DNA from: Octopus sinensis
Taxonomy: Eukaryota
Length of the DNA stretch: 64,000 nt
Assembly (NCBI RefSeq): GCF_006345805.1
Contig: NC_043003.1
Coordinates: 20,522,001-20,586,000 of the forward strand
Reading direction: 5' to 3'
In this document: positions 51,291 to 64,000 of the stretch, piece after piece
Position numbering within the stretch: the first letter of the stretch is position 1
Layout of the letters: each line of letters opens with the position of its first letter
Position numbers and translations under genes: made by a program
Notes under the pieces: generated by a model
The model's input: only the letters and a program-made list of their open reading frames with translations
Database searches by the model: none
Told to the model about the DNA's origin: nothing

Positions 51291-52760
51291 CGTCTCAAGT
51301 TTTTTAAAAACTTTTCTATAATAATTAGTTAACCTTACCACAAGCCACGTATCACACAGCCACTCCTACGCCTCAAGTTTTTTTTAAACTTTTTTACAGT
51401 AATTAGTTAACGTTCTCTGAATGAAGTGAGCATATAAAATTTGTTGGAGCAATAAAGAAGACGAATAAAAATATGAAATAACTTTTGTTTGCAAGACGCA
51501 AAATATTAATAATTAAATAGTTTTGGTTATAAAATTCTAGTTTCAATTCATTCAACAGCGAAAGGCAATGCCTTTGCACATTTGGTAAAAAGCAGTGTAC
51601 AAAATATCTTACAGTATTTGCGTCATTTTACATTCTGCGTTCAAATCCTGTTGAAATCATTTTACTAGAGTCGATTCCGTCGTCTTTACTCTCCAGCTTC
51701 CATAACTTGTGGCTTTGTGGTTATGATAGAAACCTATTGATGGAGAATTGAATAAATATTTGAAATGCATTAATCACATTAAATAATGAATGATTTCTAA
51801 GACATTAAATCACTTGTGATCGTCAGGACTATAGATTGTTGTGTCCATAACTAATAAATCAAAGAAAGATAAATTGGCGTTTATTTCTTCACTTCCACGA
51901 GGAATACAAAAGGACTTGAAAAGGTGTTTACAGTGGAACCGAAGGAAACATTTATAAACTATTAACCACAGTTTCTGTTTCCTATCACATCATAGTGCGG
52001 TTTTTATATTTCCTTAACACCTGCTTGCACAATTTGAAGATTTAAGGTCACGTAAATCATGGATCTTTGTCAGAAATACGTAAGCTCATTCACAGTCGCT
52101 GCGTATGAATCAAGAAGCTTGTGATGGAACCCTTGTGTGATCCTTTAATTGGAATTAGCATAACCAGGGAAAATCACGAACAAATACAGTGCAGAAACTA
52201 AATAATATCAAAATCAAAACAATGAACAGATGTACAAAATTCGATGTATTAAGCTCAAAGAAAAATAGAGACATTGACGTTTCGGAAAGACGTCTTTTAA
52301 CAAGATAAAAGTAAACGAAGAGAAATGATAATAAATCAAGAAGGGACAAAGTAAAGTACTATTTCAATGATGAAGTATGTTGAACCAATTATACTTTGAA
52401 TCTAAGCTCACTAGATAAATCCTGAGTGCACTATGTCTGAAATAAGGCGGCAAGGTGACATATTGAGCGTCATATCATTACAAGTGTTTCACTCAAGGTT
52501 GACTTGGCTGTAAAGAACAGCGTCGTCCTAGACTCACCAGCTTTGGATAAGTCTTGCAAATTTTGCTAAAGACAGGTAAAGAAAGGTATTAGCCTTACTA
52601 AGATGAAACATCTAAAAATGACGAACTAACGAAGAGATCCGTGTATGATCGCTCGATGCCAGTCCAAGGGCCATTAGTTAGTTAGTTAGTTAGTTAATTT
52701 GGCTCAAAAGCAAATAGCAAGGCCATGTAGGGGGACATGGAGTTAAGTACAGGGTGGTGT

Positions 52761-54761
52761 TCATGTAAAGAGTTCAGGCCACTTGAGGTCCAGGGAGGCT
52801 TTGAACAAAGCGGTCGTCGGCATCTTCACCATCTCGTCTGGCAGCTTGTTCCACGGATCCGCAACCCGGACGGAGAAAGCTCCTCTCCTTCGATTGAGAT
52901 GAAATCGTCGCAGGTAGAGCTTTTCGGAATGACCCCGCAGCCGACGCTCCGGAGCAGGAGTGAAGAACAGCTCTTTCGAGAGGTTACACTTCCCGCTTAT
53001 GATGTTGTGGGCGAGAATGAGATCACCACGGCGGCGGCGTTTTTCAAGAGAATAAAGGTCGAGCGTCCTCAGCCTTTCTTCGTAGGACAAATTTTTGAGA
53101 CCATGAACCATGCGGGTAGCCAGCCTCTGGACTCTTTCGAGATGCTGTATGTCTTTGAGGAGATAAGGAGAAGAGGCTTGAATCCCATACTCCAATATGG
53201 GTCTCACCAGCGTGACATAGAGTGGTAGGAATATGGCTGCTGTGAGCATTCCGAATGACCGTCGAATCAAAAACAGAATTCCGCGCGCTTTGTTGGCAGC
53301 ATGGACGCTTTGGGCCGAAGGCGAAAAGGAGGAATCCACCAAGATACCCAGGTCCTTTACCTGATCGGTCCTCTCCAGCAGCAGACAACCCGGCTCGAAA
53401 TCAAGTTGAGTTGCAGGAGTAGAGCCGACAGGCAGATGACAGCACTTTGACACGTTCAGACACAGGTCCCAATCGTTAGACCACTTCCAAATTTGGTGGA
53501 GGCATCGACGAAGATCCTCTATACTACCGCGAGGAGCGACCAGTTTGATATCGTCGGCAAATAGAAGGGTGTGTTGCGTGAGGTCGTCGGGCAAGTCATT
53601 TATGAAGACTAAGAACAACAAGGGCACAAGCACTGAACCTTGAGGCATGCCACTGCTCGCACTGGAGACGTCGGACCGCGAACCATTAACTTGAACTTGG
53701 AAGGAGCGATCTGAGAGGAAGGCACCAACCCATCGTACAATATCCGGATGGAAACTATATGCTTGAAGCTTGACAAGTAGTAGGCGGTGGTTTACCGAGT
53801 CAAAAGCTTTGGCAAAGTCCAATAAAACGATGTCAACAGCATCACTATCATCGAGGATGCGCGTCACCAATTCTTCCATTACTAGTAAGTTGGTCAAGCA
53901 TGATCTCTTCGGCACGAAGCCGTGTTGGGAATCAGTGATCGAGGCTGTGTTTAGGAGGTGGAGCATCATACTTTTCTTAAGGATGGTTTCGAACATCTTG
54001 CTGATTATTGATGTAAGGGAAACCGGTCGGTAGTTAAGCGGGTCTTCGCGGCTCCCTTTCTTGAAAATTGGGCAGATTATCGCTGTTCTCCAGTCTGCAG
54101 GTATAACACCCGTCGCCAATGACATATTGAATAGTCGTGTTAAGGGCTCGCAGATGACCGGAGCCAACGCTTTGATAACCCGTGGGTGTATGCCGTCAGG
54201 GCCGTGACCCTTGTTGACATCGAGGCCTTGAATAACACGTTTGACTTCGTCCCGCGTGATGACCAATCGAAGCATTGGAGGTACCGATCTATCAAATGGA
54301 GAGGGTTCACAACCATCATCTTGTTTGAAAATAGTTGAAAAAGCCTCGGCAAATAATTGACTCTGTTGATAAGGGTCGTCAATCGATATGCCTGTTGAGT
54401 CTACCAACGTTGCAATCTGGTTGTTCAAGCGGGAATTCCGCTGGACATGGGCAAAGAAGGTTTTTGGATTGCTACTGGCATTTGCCGCGATTTTGTATTC
54501 ATAACTGAAGCGTTCTTTCTTTTCAATTTTCACGGCTCGGTCTCGTTGAGTTTTGTACACCTCAAAAGCTGCAGTCGAATCCAGATTTTTGAATTCAGCC
54601 CAAGCAATATCTCTGAGTCGACGTTCTCGTTTAACCTTCTTCGTCACCCAGGGCTTGTGTTTCTTCCTCTTGGGAAGCCCAACGGGAACTGCCTGGTCAG
54701 TCAAACAGATTACATATGCTTTGAGGGATGACCATAGTTCGTCAACTGAGGACAACGTCAT
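52761..54761 (-). CDS. CR1-type reverse transcriptase ORF (666 aa)
   Basis: GPDGIHPRVIK, NYRPVSLTS, QHGFVPKRSCLTNLL, LDFAKAFDSVNH, GMPQGSVLVPLLF, LLFADDIKL, KDLGILVD, LYVTLVRPILEY, RRRRGDLI. Confidence 0.92.
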   Translation of the reverse strand: MTLSSVDELWSSLKAYVICLTDQAVPVGLPKRKKHKPWVTKKVKRERRLRDIAWAEFKNLDSTAAFEVYKTQRDRAVKIEKKERFSYEYKIAANASSNPKTFFAHVQRNSRLNNQIATLVDSTGISIDDPYQQSQLFAEAFSTIFKQDDGCEPSPFDRSVPPMLRLVITRDEVKRVIQGLDVNKGHGPDGIHPRVIKALAPVICEPLTRLFNMSLATGVIPADWRTAIICPIFKKGSREDPLNYRPVSLTSIISKMFETILKKSMMLHLLNTASITDSQHGFVPKRSCLTNLLVMEELVTRILDDSDAVDIVLLDFAKAFDSVNHRLLLVKLQAYSFHPDIVRWVGAFLSDRSFQVQVNGSRSDVSSASSGMPQGSVLVPLLFLVFINDLPDDLTQHTLLFADDIKLVAPRGSIEDLRRCLHQIWKWSNDWDLCLNVSKCCHLPVGSTPATQLDFEPGCLLLERTDQVKDLGILVDSSFSPSAQSVHAANKARGILFLIRRSFGMLTAAIFLPLYVTLVRPILEYGIQASSPYLLKDIQHLERVQRLATRMVHGLKNLSYEERLRTLDLYSLEKRRRRGDLILAHNIISGKCNLSKELFFTPAPERRLRGHSEKLYLRRFHLNRRRGAFSVRVADPWNKLPDEMVKMPTTALFKASLDLKWPELFT

Positions 54762-54767
54762 CAGGGA

Positions 54768-55530
54768 TCACCAGTCCAGAAGCGCGGAAGCCTCGGTTAG
54801 AATTTCAAGATTAATTGCAGAGAAGACTCTACGTGGCAGCGAAGTAATCGTGGGCGTAGAAAAAGTTGCGTGCATGACGAACTTCAGGACCGCATGATCA
54901 CTCTTGGCAAGAGGGGCGCACACAGATACGTCTGACACTGATCTTGGATAGCGGGAGAATACCAGATCTAGCATAGATGGCTGCTGCCCAGACCGATGCC
55001 TTGTCGGATATTCAACATGTTGCGATAGAAAACAATCTTCAGCCACGTCAAGAAGGGCCTGGCCGAACCGGGAAGATGTTGTACAAATTGATGCGGGCCA
55101 ATCGATCGTGGGAGCGTTGAAGTCGCCTAGTACCAAGCAGTCATGCGAAGCTGAAACGAATCTTATCGCTTCGAGTAGATGAGCATCGTCCTGGGGGTCG
55201 GCAAGAGGCGGCCTGTAGACAGCCAACACGGGCAGGCAAAACTCAGATAGGCTCAGCTTGCAATAGACGGCATCGAATTTTGTTGTAGGTTGAGCATTTG
55301 TGGGTAGAATACCGCAGGACGGTTTGTGCTCAGACTTAACATACACAGCAACACCTCCACCTCGCCTTTTTCCTCTGTCACATCTGAAAAGGACGTAGCC
55401 CTGCAGGTGGATTTCTGAGTCCTTTACTGCTGGAGTCAGCCAAGTCTCGGTGAGTCACGTATGGCCAGTGTAAATAGTTCACTGAACTTTGGGAATAAGG
55501 AGCACGAGTTGGTGTAGACGATGCTGAGAT
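54768..55530 (-). pseudogene. CR1 apurinic-type endonuclease domain, disrupted
   Basis: IVYTNSCSL, then a frameshift before LTETWL...RCDRGKRRGGGVAVYVK, LVLGDFNAPTIDW, LDLVFS, SDHAVL. In-frame TGA at 54770-54768 before the RT ORF. Confidence 0.85.
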
Positions 55531-56469
55531 GTGAAGTCTGAGGGGCGGGAGTTGGGGAACAAGCAGAATAAAGGGCATCAGAGATAGCATCGTTGACGGG
55601 GGTATCAACTTCACTTCGATTTGCCCTCACATCATTAAATATCGCATAGTGTCATCATTAGATGACACTATGCGATATTTAAAAGAAATGATACATATAT
55701 TAGATAAGGCACTGTGTATAAAAAGGTCCGAGTTCGGGAGCAAGGAAAATTAAATACGATCCTTTCGGGGTCGATAAAGCAACCACTCCAGCGCTAAGTT
55801 GGCTCCTTCTACTACTACTACTACTACTTCTTCTTCTTCTTCTTCTTCTTGTTTCTTTGTTTCGATCGTCCTTCCTTCCATTCTTTCTCTCTCTCTCTCT
55901 CTCTCATTCTCGCATACTCTTCGAACATATCAGGAATTGACAACCGTCGAATGGGATGCGCTACGCCAATTTTCAAACACTCAAGACACTCTATATGCCC
56001 CGACAACACCTTTACGACTCGATCAAAAGTTGAAAACCCGAGTAAGAAAGTATATGTATGTGTTTATGCATGCGTTAGCACGTGCGCGCATGCGTGTGTT
56101 TGTGTGTGTATAGGTGTGTGTTTTGTGCACTTGCGTGCGTACGTACATTAAGACTTTGATTTGGATCTGCATTGCTAAAAGTTTCAGCTAGGCAAAAAGC
56201 ATGTCTAATTATTCCAATGCATTGATACCGAATGGCAGGCACTCAGCAGTTTCTAAATGAAACTCATTGTCATTGGATAGCACTCAAATGCACACTGACA
56301 CTCACATAAAGACGCATACACAGACACACACACACACACGTACACACGCACACAAACACGCACAAACACAAACACATATATGTGTGTAGGTTTCGTGGAA
56401 CAAACAAACGAATTAGAACTCTATTAGCAGGTATATATACATTTGCATAAATGACACATGTGTATATGT

Positions 56470-56514
<45 letters not shown>

Positions 56515-56631
56515 TGTATACACATACAGACATATATGCAATTACTCGTATATATATATATATAAATGTATATATTTATGTATTAATTGAAAATCATATC
56601 TCTCTCTCCCCCACTTTATATATATATATGC

Positions 56632-56690
<59 letters not shown>

Positions 56691-57139
56691 AACGTGCATT
56701 ATAGTGTTTCGCCATAGAATATCTATATAAGTATTATAACATTTAATGCTCACATGCTTGCCGAGCAAGGCGTAACATGACAAACAAATCCGCCATTTTG
56801 AACAACAAATGGAATTACACCGGCCGCTGAATGTAGCGGGAGATATTTCTTTTGTAATGCTTTGAAGCGTTAATATTTTTGTAACAATGGCGAATGGAGA
56901 TAAAATGTTTTCACATCATAATGAAAAATAGGAGGATGAAAGCATTCCATGTTTGTCTTCTTCCTCTTCGTTCATCTCCTTCTTCAATTTCTTCAATTTC
57001 TTCTTTTTCGTCTTTATTTTTATTTTATCTCTTTTTCTTTCTCCTCCTCCTTCGACTCGTCCGCATCACCCACCCCCGTTGCAACTTGCTTATGCAGCAG
57101 GCTGTTTCGTTTGTGAATATTTGCCTATTTGTATGTCTA

Positions 57140-57209
57140 TCCATATCGATACTAACTTATACACATACTTGCATATATACATACATACACGCACTCATAT
57201 ATTTATTTA

Positions 57210-57248
<39 letters not shown>

Positions 57249-57381
57249 AACATACATACAGATATATATACACTTTCGTGCATATATATATATATATCTT
57301 CCTCACGTTGTTGTGTTTTTTTGTGCTTTCTTGTTTGGATTAACTATATATATACACATACATACATATACATATATATAT

Positions 57382-57415
<34 letters not shown>

Positions 57416-57427
57416 ATATATACATAC

Positions 57428-57477
<50 letters not shown>

Positions 57478-58481
57478 TGAGAGAGATAGATTGATAGATA
57501 GATAGATATATATATATATATTATATATATATATATACATGTATATATATTATGTGTATATATACATATATATATATGCGTGTATGTACATATACAAACA
57601 TATTTGTATACATAAATATATCTGATTTTGATATTTATATATATTATGTGTGTGAATATATATAATTCGCTATTTTTTCTCATTAATCTATATTTGGGCG
57701 AATATGCGCTTGCGTGTGAACCCGAGGGAGGGCATGAGTTTGCGTACATTGTAATATACGTAACGTCACTCGGCATTATGTTGTTTATTTGGTGAGACCA
57801 AATATTAATGTATATATGTTTGTATACGTACGCATATATGTACGTATGTATATATGTATGTATGTTTGTATGTAAGTATATATGTATGTGTATGTATGTG
57901 TGCGTGATGTGTGTGAGTGTATTTGTGCGTATGTGAAAGAAAGTGTCCCCTGTGCACAGTTTCTTGTAAGAAAAGTATCCATGTCGATTTCTGAGGTTAT
58001 GTGCAGTATGTGTTGGGAATATATGCGTGTGTGTGTGTGCGCGCGCGCGATTATGTGTGCATTTGTGTGCGTAGAAAGAACTTTTACTATGCGTATTTGC
58101 GTATGTTAACGAATTCTTTTATTTTCATAGATATTCGGCGTGTATATGAAGGTTTGAATGTCTATGATTAGGAGGATACATATATAAATATCTGCGTAGT
58201 TTGTGTGTAGATATGTCTGTATTTGTGTATATATATATATACATCTGTGTATTTATATACACACATATATGTGTGTGCATGAATGTATGAAAGTACGAGT
58301 GTGCGTTTGTATGTATAGACATATTTCGGCATATGTATATATATATATATATATTCTTCTCTAGCATTGGATATGTTCATTGATTTTTAGAATATCATTT
58401 CATTGATTGTAACTTTATAGGCGCGTGTGTATGCATGTATGTGCATTCACATATATATGTATGCATGTATATATATGTATG

Positions 58482-58519
<38 letters not shown>

Positions 58520-58568
58520 CATATATATATATGTGGTGTGTGTGTGTGTGTGTGTGTATGTAGATATG

Positions 58569-58599
<31 letters not shown>

Positions 58600-58790
58600 G
58601 TGTGTGTGTATCTATATGTATATATATATATGTTTGTGTATATATATATATATATAATATATATATATTATATATATATATAATATATATATATAAATGT
58701 ATATATATATATATATATATATTTATACACACACACAAACGTATAGATAGATGAATTTCTCCATATCTGTGCATGTACATATACAGGCAT
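57140..58790. repeat. Compound (TA)n/(TG)n microsatellite region
   Basis: Direct inspection. Confidence 0.92.
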
Positions 58791-61700
58791 ACACATATGT
58801 TGATAGATGAGGACATAAACTAGAAAGAGAGACAGATAATTTTATACGAGTGTATGTGTGTGGATGTAGACGCATGCGCACGATACAGACTGACACTGAG
58901 ACAACAGAAATCCGAGAAGCGATGCACTATTTCAGCGTTTCTTATTGAAAAACGAAAGCATATATCATATCATATGTATTTATTAAGCATACTATATATC
59001 CGTATGCGCGCGTATGTGTGTGTGAGTGAGTGAGTGTACGAGCATACACTTATATACGATGTTCACTGTATAGATATGTCTGTAGAAACATGCCAGTGTG
59101 TAGCAGTGTCAATGTCAATTATTTCAATTTTGGCGTAGGAAGATAATGAATGTGCATAGGAGTATCTGAAGGCATGCCAGTGTGTGTATGTTTTGTGAGC
59201 ACTTGTAGGTGTATGGGAGTTGTATGTAGCATGTTACTCTGTGGATTGTATGAATTAAGTCGTACCAATATCTGTTTGCAGTAGCCGTTTAGTTTGAGCT
59301 TCTCTATATGTTTATATGTTCGTGTATGCGATGCGTTGAACGCACGAGAGAGCAATTAACGCAATGTAACGGGTGGTTAGGGAGGAAGCTAAAGTTATTA
59401 AGAGAAGACTCTATAATTATTATTTCTGGTTGAGTAGTCTGTGTTTAGCTGGAACATTAATTGTTGTTCATGATGCAATACGCGAGAGAGAGAAGATCCT
59501 TGGTGTACAAGTTTGCAGTCAGCGTGTGGCACAAAGGGCAATTGAAATGCTGGGTTACGGGTCATGATGATTTGGTGTTGCCTCCTTAGCCACTGCTTCT
59601 ATCCCAATAATATTCCACTCCGTTGCCATCACTTCTTCAATTCTATAAGTTACTCTTTCTTTCCCATTGAGTTCATTCTTGCTCAATCTTAACGTCAACT
59701 TATGTGCTTCACTATCCGCTCCACGTGTTTCCAAAACTCTGCGTTCAACCATGATGTTTAGGAAATCTGTTTTCTTTTTTTCTCCCCTAATTCTGCAGCT
59801 TTTTATTAAATTTCTTTCCACACATCAAAGCTCATAGGTGCCAAAGCTCGTAAGATCCAACACCTACTATTCCACAGCAATTCTCCTTATTGCCTATCAC
59901 AGACTCTACTTATTCGATCTACCACTTTTCGATTCCAGCTGTTAGCTCGATGCCAAGTGTAACTGATTCAGACTCACTGAGTTCAGCCATTCTGAGAGCT
60001 TCACTAACCTCGTCTTGCGTCCATCTCGTAAATTTCCTCCACCCATAATCCACGTAACCAACACTTCAAGTCCACCGCCATGTTCTATTTCATCACCTTG
60101 TCTCTCATTCCTGAAACATCTGCAGCCTCATTGACTAAACACCATGTTCCTCTGACCATCTACTCATTCCCAAGTACAGCAACCAGCTCCTCGCCTCCTT
60201 GTTAGCAGTTTTGGTACCCGAGAGCATGTTTGGCGTCACAAATGTAACACCAAACACGCCCTCACCTCTACCCTTCATCGACTCCTTCCAGCTCATTTCC
60301 CCCATAGATATCAAGTCCTTCTATGATACTATCCCACCAAACCAATTGCCTTTTAGCGTTCAGATCCTTCCTTGATCGTTGAACCTAGCTCGACTGTAGT
60401 GAACTAATTCCCATCTTCAAATTCATATTGACATTCTTTTGCGACTTCAGTCTGCGGATCTCGATGACGGGTCCCAAATACACCAAACTCTTTGCTGGTC
60501 ACATTGTGGTTAAAATTTCACTCGGTTCACTTGACTTGTTATACGGTCTTACATTGAAGGTCTTAACATCTCCGCTCCTCTTAAGAAAAGCTCAAATCTA
60601 TTAACGATATGTGTCGTAAATATTTCTATATTGCACCCGCTTTAAGATTGTGAACTGAAGTTTCATTGAGCAGTTTTCTGTGTGCTTCTATCCATGTAAG
60701 TTTGTATGTATTTTATAGAATTTATAGTTTATAGCTGAGATAAATGTATTGGCATATATCTTATATCACAGGACTCGGCTTTAAATACAGGTCTAATTCT
60801 TTGATATTCTTTTCTAGATTTGTTCATCACACTTTTAAGCTGGTACTGAGAGCAGAAATTTGATTTCTAAGACTTAAGCAATGACTGGACCAAAGATAGA
60901 TATAAACTGAAAGAGGATCGGTGACCGATGTCATATGGTCAAGGTTATCTAGATGAATACAGCTTAGAGTTATGTCTCTAAATCTAATAGGAGAGACAGA
61001 ATCTGAACTGAATGCAAAATCTTTCGGGCATATAAAAACAGGTCAATAACAGACTTCTCAAAGAGTTGTAATAAAACTTTCAGTGACCAGGTTGCAGATA
61101 TGCGACAAAACCTTTAACCTCACGTGAAATGTATTTTAATTTCAAAGCAAATTTAACAGCTTCGTGTGTTATTAGATAGTGTTTTCACCATACTTACCTC
61201 CATTTCAACACAGTCTTAGATCAAGTCACTTAGTAGACAAGTCCACCTCCGAAATCTTCATTTTTTTTTATCCCTTTCATGTTCACCTAAGTACTAATAT
61301 TCTAATTCCCGTATATCATTGTCAATCCTTTCAATCTGCGAGTAAGCTTTAGCAAACGTCTTTTTTGTTTGACTATACTCTTGGTAGACGCAAAAGCGCG
61401 CGGCCAAGTGATTTTTACTTACGCCTGAAACTATATCTGTTTCTGTCAATTAGCCGCTCCCTTTTACATCTTCCAAGGCTTTAGCTAAACAAAATCACAT
61501 CCGCTAAAGCGCATTCGCCGGTTCAATGGTTTAAAAGTAACTTAGAATTCTTAGTTTCAATTAATTTTCTTATTCCTAAGAGCAAACTTGCCTAATCCAA
61601 TAACGTTTTTAATATCCATTCTGAATTCATACACGGGTTTTTCTGGAGTTTTTTCATTTTTTTTTTCAATAGGGGTCCTCAGCCTTAGCTTAGCATGTTT

Positions 61701-61839
61701 CCTGTAGGTAATTTTCAATCCTTGTCTTAAAATTAGTTTATAGTTTAGATGTCACTCTTCAAAGACAGATTTAGCTCAAAATCTCAATACTCATATATCC
61801 CAACGGCATACGAAGTTATCTTTTATCCTTCACCTATTT

Positions 61840-62275
61840 CAGTCATTAGACTGCGGCCATGCTGGGGCACCGTCTTGAAGAATTTTTAGTCGAACAAATC
61901 GATCATAGTACTTAAAATTTATTTGCTAAGCCTGGACCTTATTCTATGGGTCCCTTTAACTGAACTGCTAAGGTACGGGAATGTAAACACACCAACACCG
62001 GTTGTCAAGCAGTGGTGGGGGACAAACACAGACAGAAACACACACACACACACATACACACACACACACATACACACACACACACACATACACACACACA
62101 CAAATACACTTATATATACGCCAGGCTTCTTTCAGTTTCCGCCTCCAAAATCCACCCACAGGGCTTTGGTCGGCCCGAGGCTATAGTAGAAGACACTTGT
62201 CCAAGGTGCCACGCAGTGGGACTGAACCCGGAACCATGTGGTTGGTAAGCAAGCTATTTACCACACAGCCACTCC
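61840..62275 (-). mobile_element. tRNA-derived SINE, family B
   Basis: tttcagtcattagactgcggccatgctggggcacc ... gggactgaacccggaaccatgtggttggtaagcaagctatttaccacacagccac. Confidence 0.85.
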
Positions 62276-63104
62276 CAAGGTGCCACGAAGCAAGCTTCAT
62301 ACCACATAGCCACGCCTGCGCCTATATCAAAGTTTATCAAAGTTTTCAAACAATAGACAGATATACGTTAGTAATTTTATTGCTCTGCTGTTCCCTTTTA
62401 ATTTTCGTTCTATTTCATGGATGCTAGCAATATAAAATGCATTTTTTTGTTTGGGAGCTGTGCATTAGAGATGAGGATGTTACTTCTGAAGCTTGTCTTG
62501 CATGTTATGCTTTAGAGCGTGATCGCATTAAACTACGCATTTGTCATAAATCGGATGATGGCACGTATTATTTTCATTGCAGTTTCTATACTTGTATTTT
62601 CATAGCATCAGTTTTGTTTTAATTGATCTTTATGCTTTGTTTATGTCTCTCGTTATTGTTTTCTGTAGTCGATCGAAGTTACAGTTATTTTTTTCTATCG
62701 TATTCAATATTGTTTTATGCATAATAAAGACAAGCAAGTCGTAAAATAAGCATTACTTGTACTTCCTGAAGACTTAAATTGAATCACTGCTTACTTGGTA
62801 TCTTGTTTCTGCTCTTCGAATCGGTGATGTTATTGTATATTTGCCTTACATTAAACTATTTCACTCTCCATGTTTTAATTCGGTAGACTTAGAAGAGTAG
62901 AGGATAAAATATCTTTTTGTCATTTAGTTATGCTTGTTTTCGTTCTGCGTTCGAATATTACTTAGCATTTTATCGATCCAGGGCAGATAAAGTGAGTACG
63001 ACTCAAATGTTGAAGCGATCAAATTAGATATAGTCTTTCGCCAATATATGTGATTCTATTAAGAGCCATCATCATCATCATCAAGGCGACGTCAACACAC
63101 CGAG

Positions 63105-63300
63105 CGAAATGCTTAGCCATATTTTATCCATCTTTACGTTCTGAACTCAAAATTCCCGAGATCGACTTTGCCTATTCATCCTTTCGGGGTCGATTAAAAA
63201 AGTACCAGTTACGCACTGGGGTCGATATAATCGACTTAATCCGTTTGTCTGTCCTTGTTTGTCCCTTCTGTGTGTAGCCCCTTGTGGGCAGTAAAGAAAT
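63105..63300 (+). mobile_element. tRNA-derived SINE, family A, with (ATT)n tail
   Basis: gaaatgcttagcc...ttctgaactcaaaattcc.gagatcgactttgcc...ggggtcgattaaaaaagtaccagtt. Confidence 0.75.
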
Positions 63301-63310
63301 AAGGAAGGAC

Positions 63311-63375
<65 letters not shown>

Positions 63376-63377
<2 letters not shown>

Positions 63378-64000
63378 TAGTGAGAGAGCTGTGCATGCCA
63401 TCAAAGTGATACTCAGGTAAAATATACGAAGCCCAGTACGAAGTTATTCCTCTTCGATTACTATCGCAAACAACAGTAGCTTCCTTCAAATGAATACACG
63501 TCGTTGATTGGTTGAAATTATCCAAATACGTGAACTTTTAACAGGATGTAACTTCTAAAATATGAAATTTTGTCCAAAACGTTCAAAGTAAACCGTGTTC
63601 TACGTGAGAATTTCTACCTGAATTCGAAGTTTCAAACTGTTTAGTTAAAAAAAAATTAATAAAAAAATCTGTGATTGAGATGGAATACATCCGCCCAGTA
63701 TAGCCATCATGACTACCCATCACAACCATATGTGCGCGACATGGGGATCTAATGTCAAGATTAACAGCGCATGACATTGCAGGTGGGACCCAGTTAGAAT
63801 TTTCTTTAGATCGAGTAGCCCATCCCGCTCAAAAGGTCCCTGAATAAGGATTGTTTAAAGATGTTGAACGAAACACCCATGTTTCTAGAGGTGAATTATC
63901 CAAATCCCAAAGAATTCCTCTCAACACATGGCTATGATGCTCCCCCATCAGAGATGCATATAACGTTAGCCACTAAGGGACATGCTCAACTGGTTAAGGT
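63376..64000 (-). mobile_element. SINE-like element (family D) split by a 254-bp insertion; runs off the window end
   Basis: Ends at the (ATT)n array. gcccagta is duplicated at 63431-63438 and 63693-63700 around the insert. Family assignment is from recalled familiarity only. Confidence 0.55.

Larger units (their letters stand above)
52674..55634 (-). mobile_element. CR1-type LINE, ORF2 (APE + RT) nearly complete, with (TAAC)n tail
   Basis: APE and RT motifs, short 3' UTR and (TTAG)n on the plus strand at 52674-52696; visibly more GC-rich than its flanks. Confidence 0.92.

Noticed and set aside
52737-54897. Plus-strand ORFs overlapping the CR1 RT
   Set aside because: Antisense shadows of the GC-rich RT frame.
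59555-60560. Non-repetitive segment suggestive of an old retroelement
   Set aside because: No recognisable RT or endonuclease motif could be recovered by eye.

Overview
AT-rich, microsatellite-dense eukaryotic DNA whose repeats look like a coleoid cephalopod, probably Octopus (inferred from the repeat types, not verified). Nearly all short ORFs in the supplied track are microsatellite translations. The only host gene I can support is a partial + strand NMDA-type glutamate receptor subunit most similar to GluN3. Three exons with canonical splice sites are visible (20055-21087, 37499-37649, 45565-45855). Reading-frame phases require one more S2 exon between 21088 and 37498; I could not find it, and a 100-N gap lies at 29567-29666. 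The N-terminal and C-terminal exons were not identified. The rest is intron/intergenic DNA containing a nearly complete CR1-type LINE (52.7-55.6 kb), Penelope-like elements, R4/Dong, HERO-like and RTE relics, Tc1/mariner relics, MITE-like foldbacks and several tRNA-derived SINE families. Two observations stand out. (1) At least eight type I hammerhead-ribozyme motifs sit in Penelope-type repeats; the two intact ones are antisense to the receptor, and every sense-strand copy has a lesion. (2) The receptor pore reads Gly-His (GGT CAT), one A-to-I edit away from the Gly-Arg of vertebrate GluN3.
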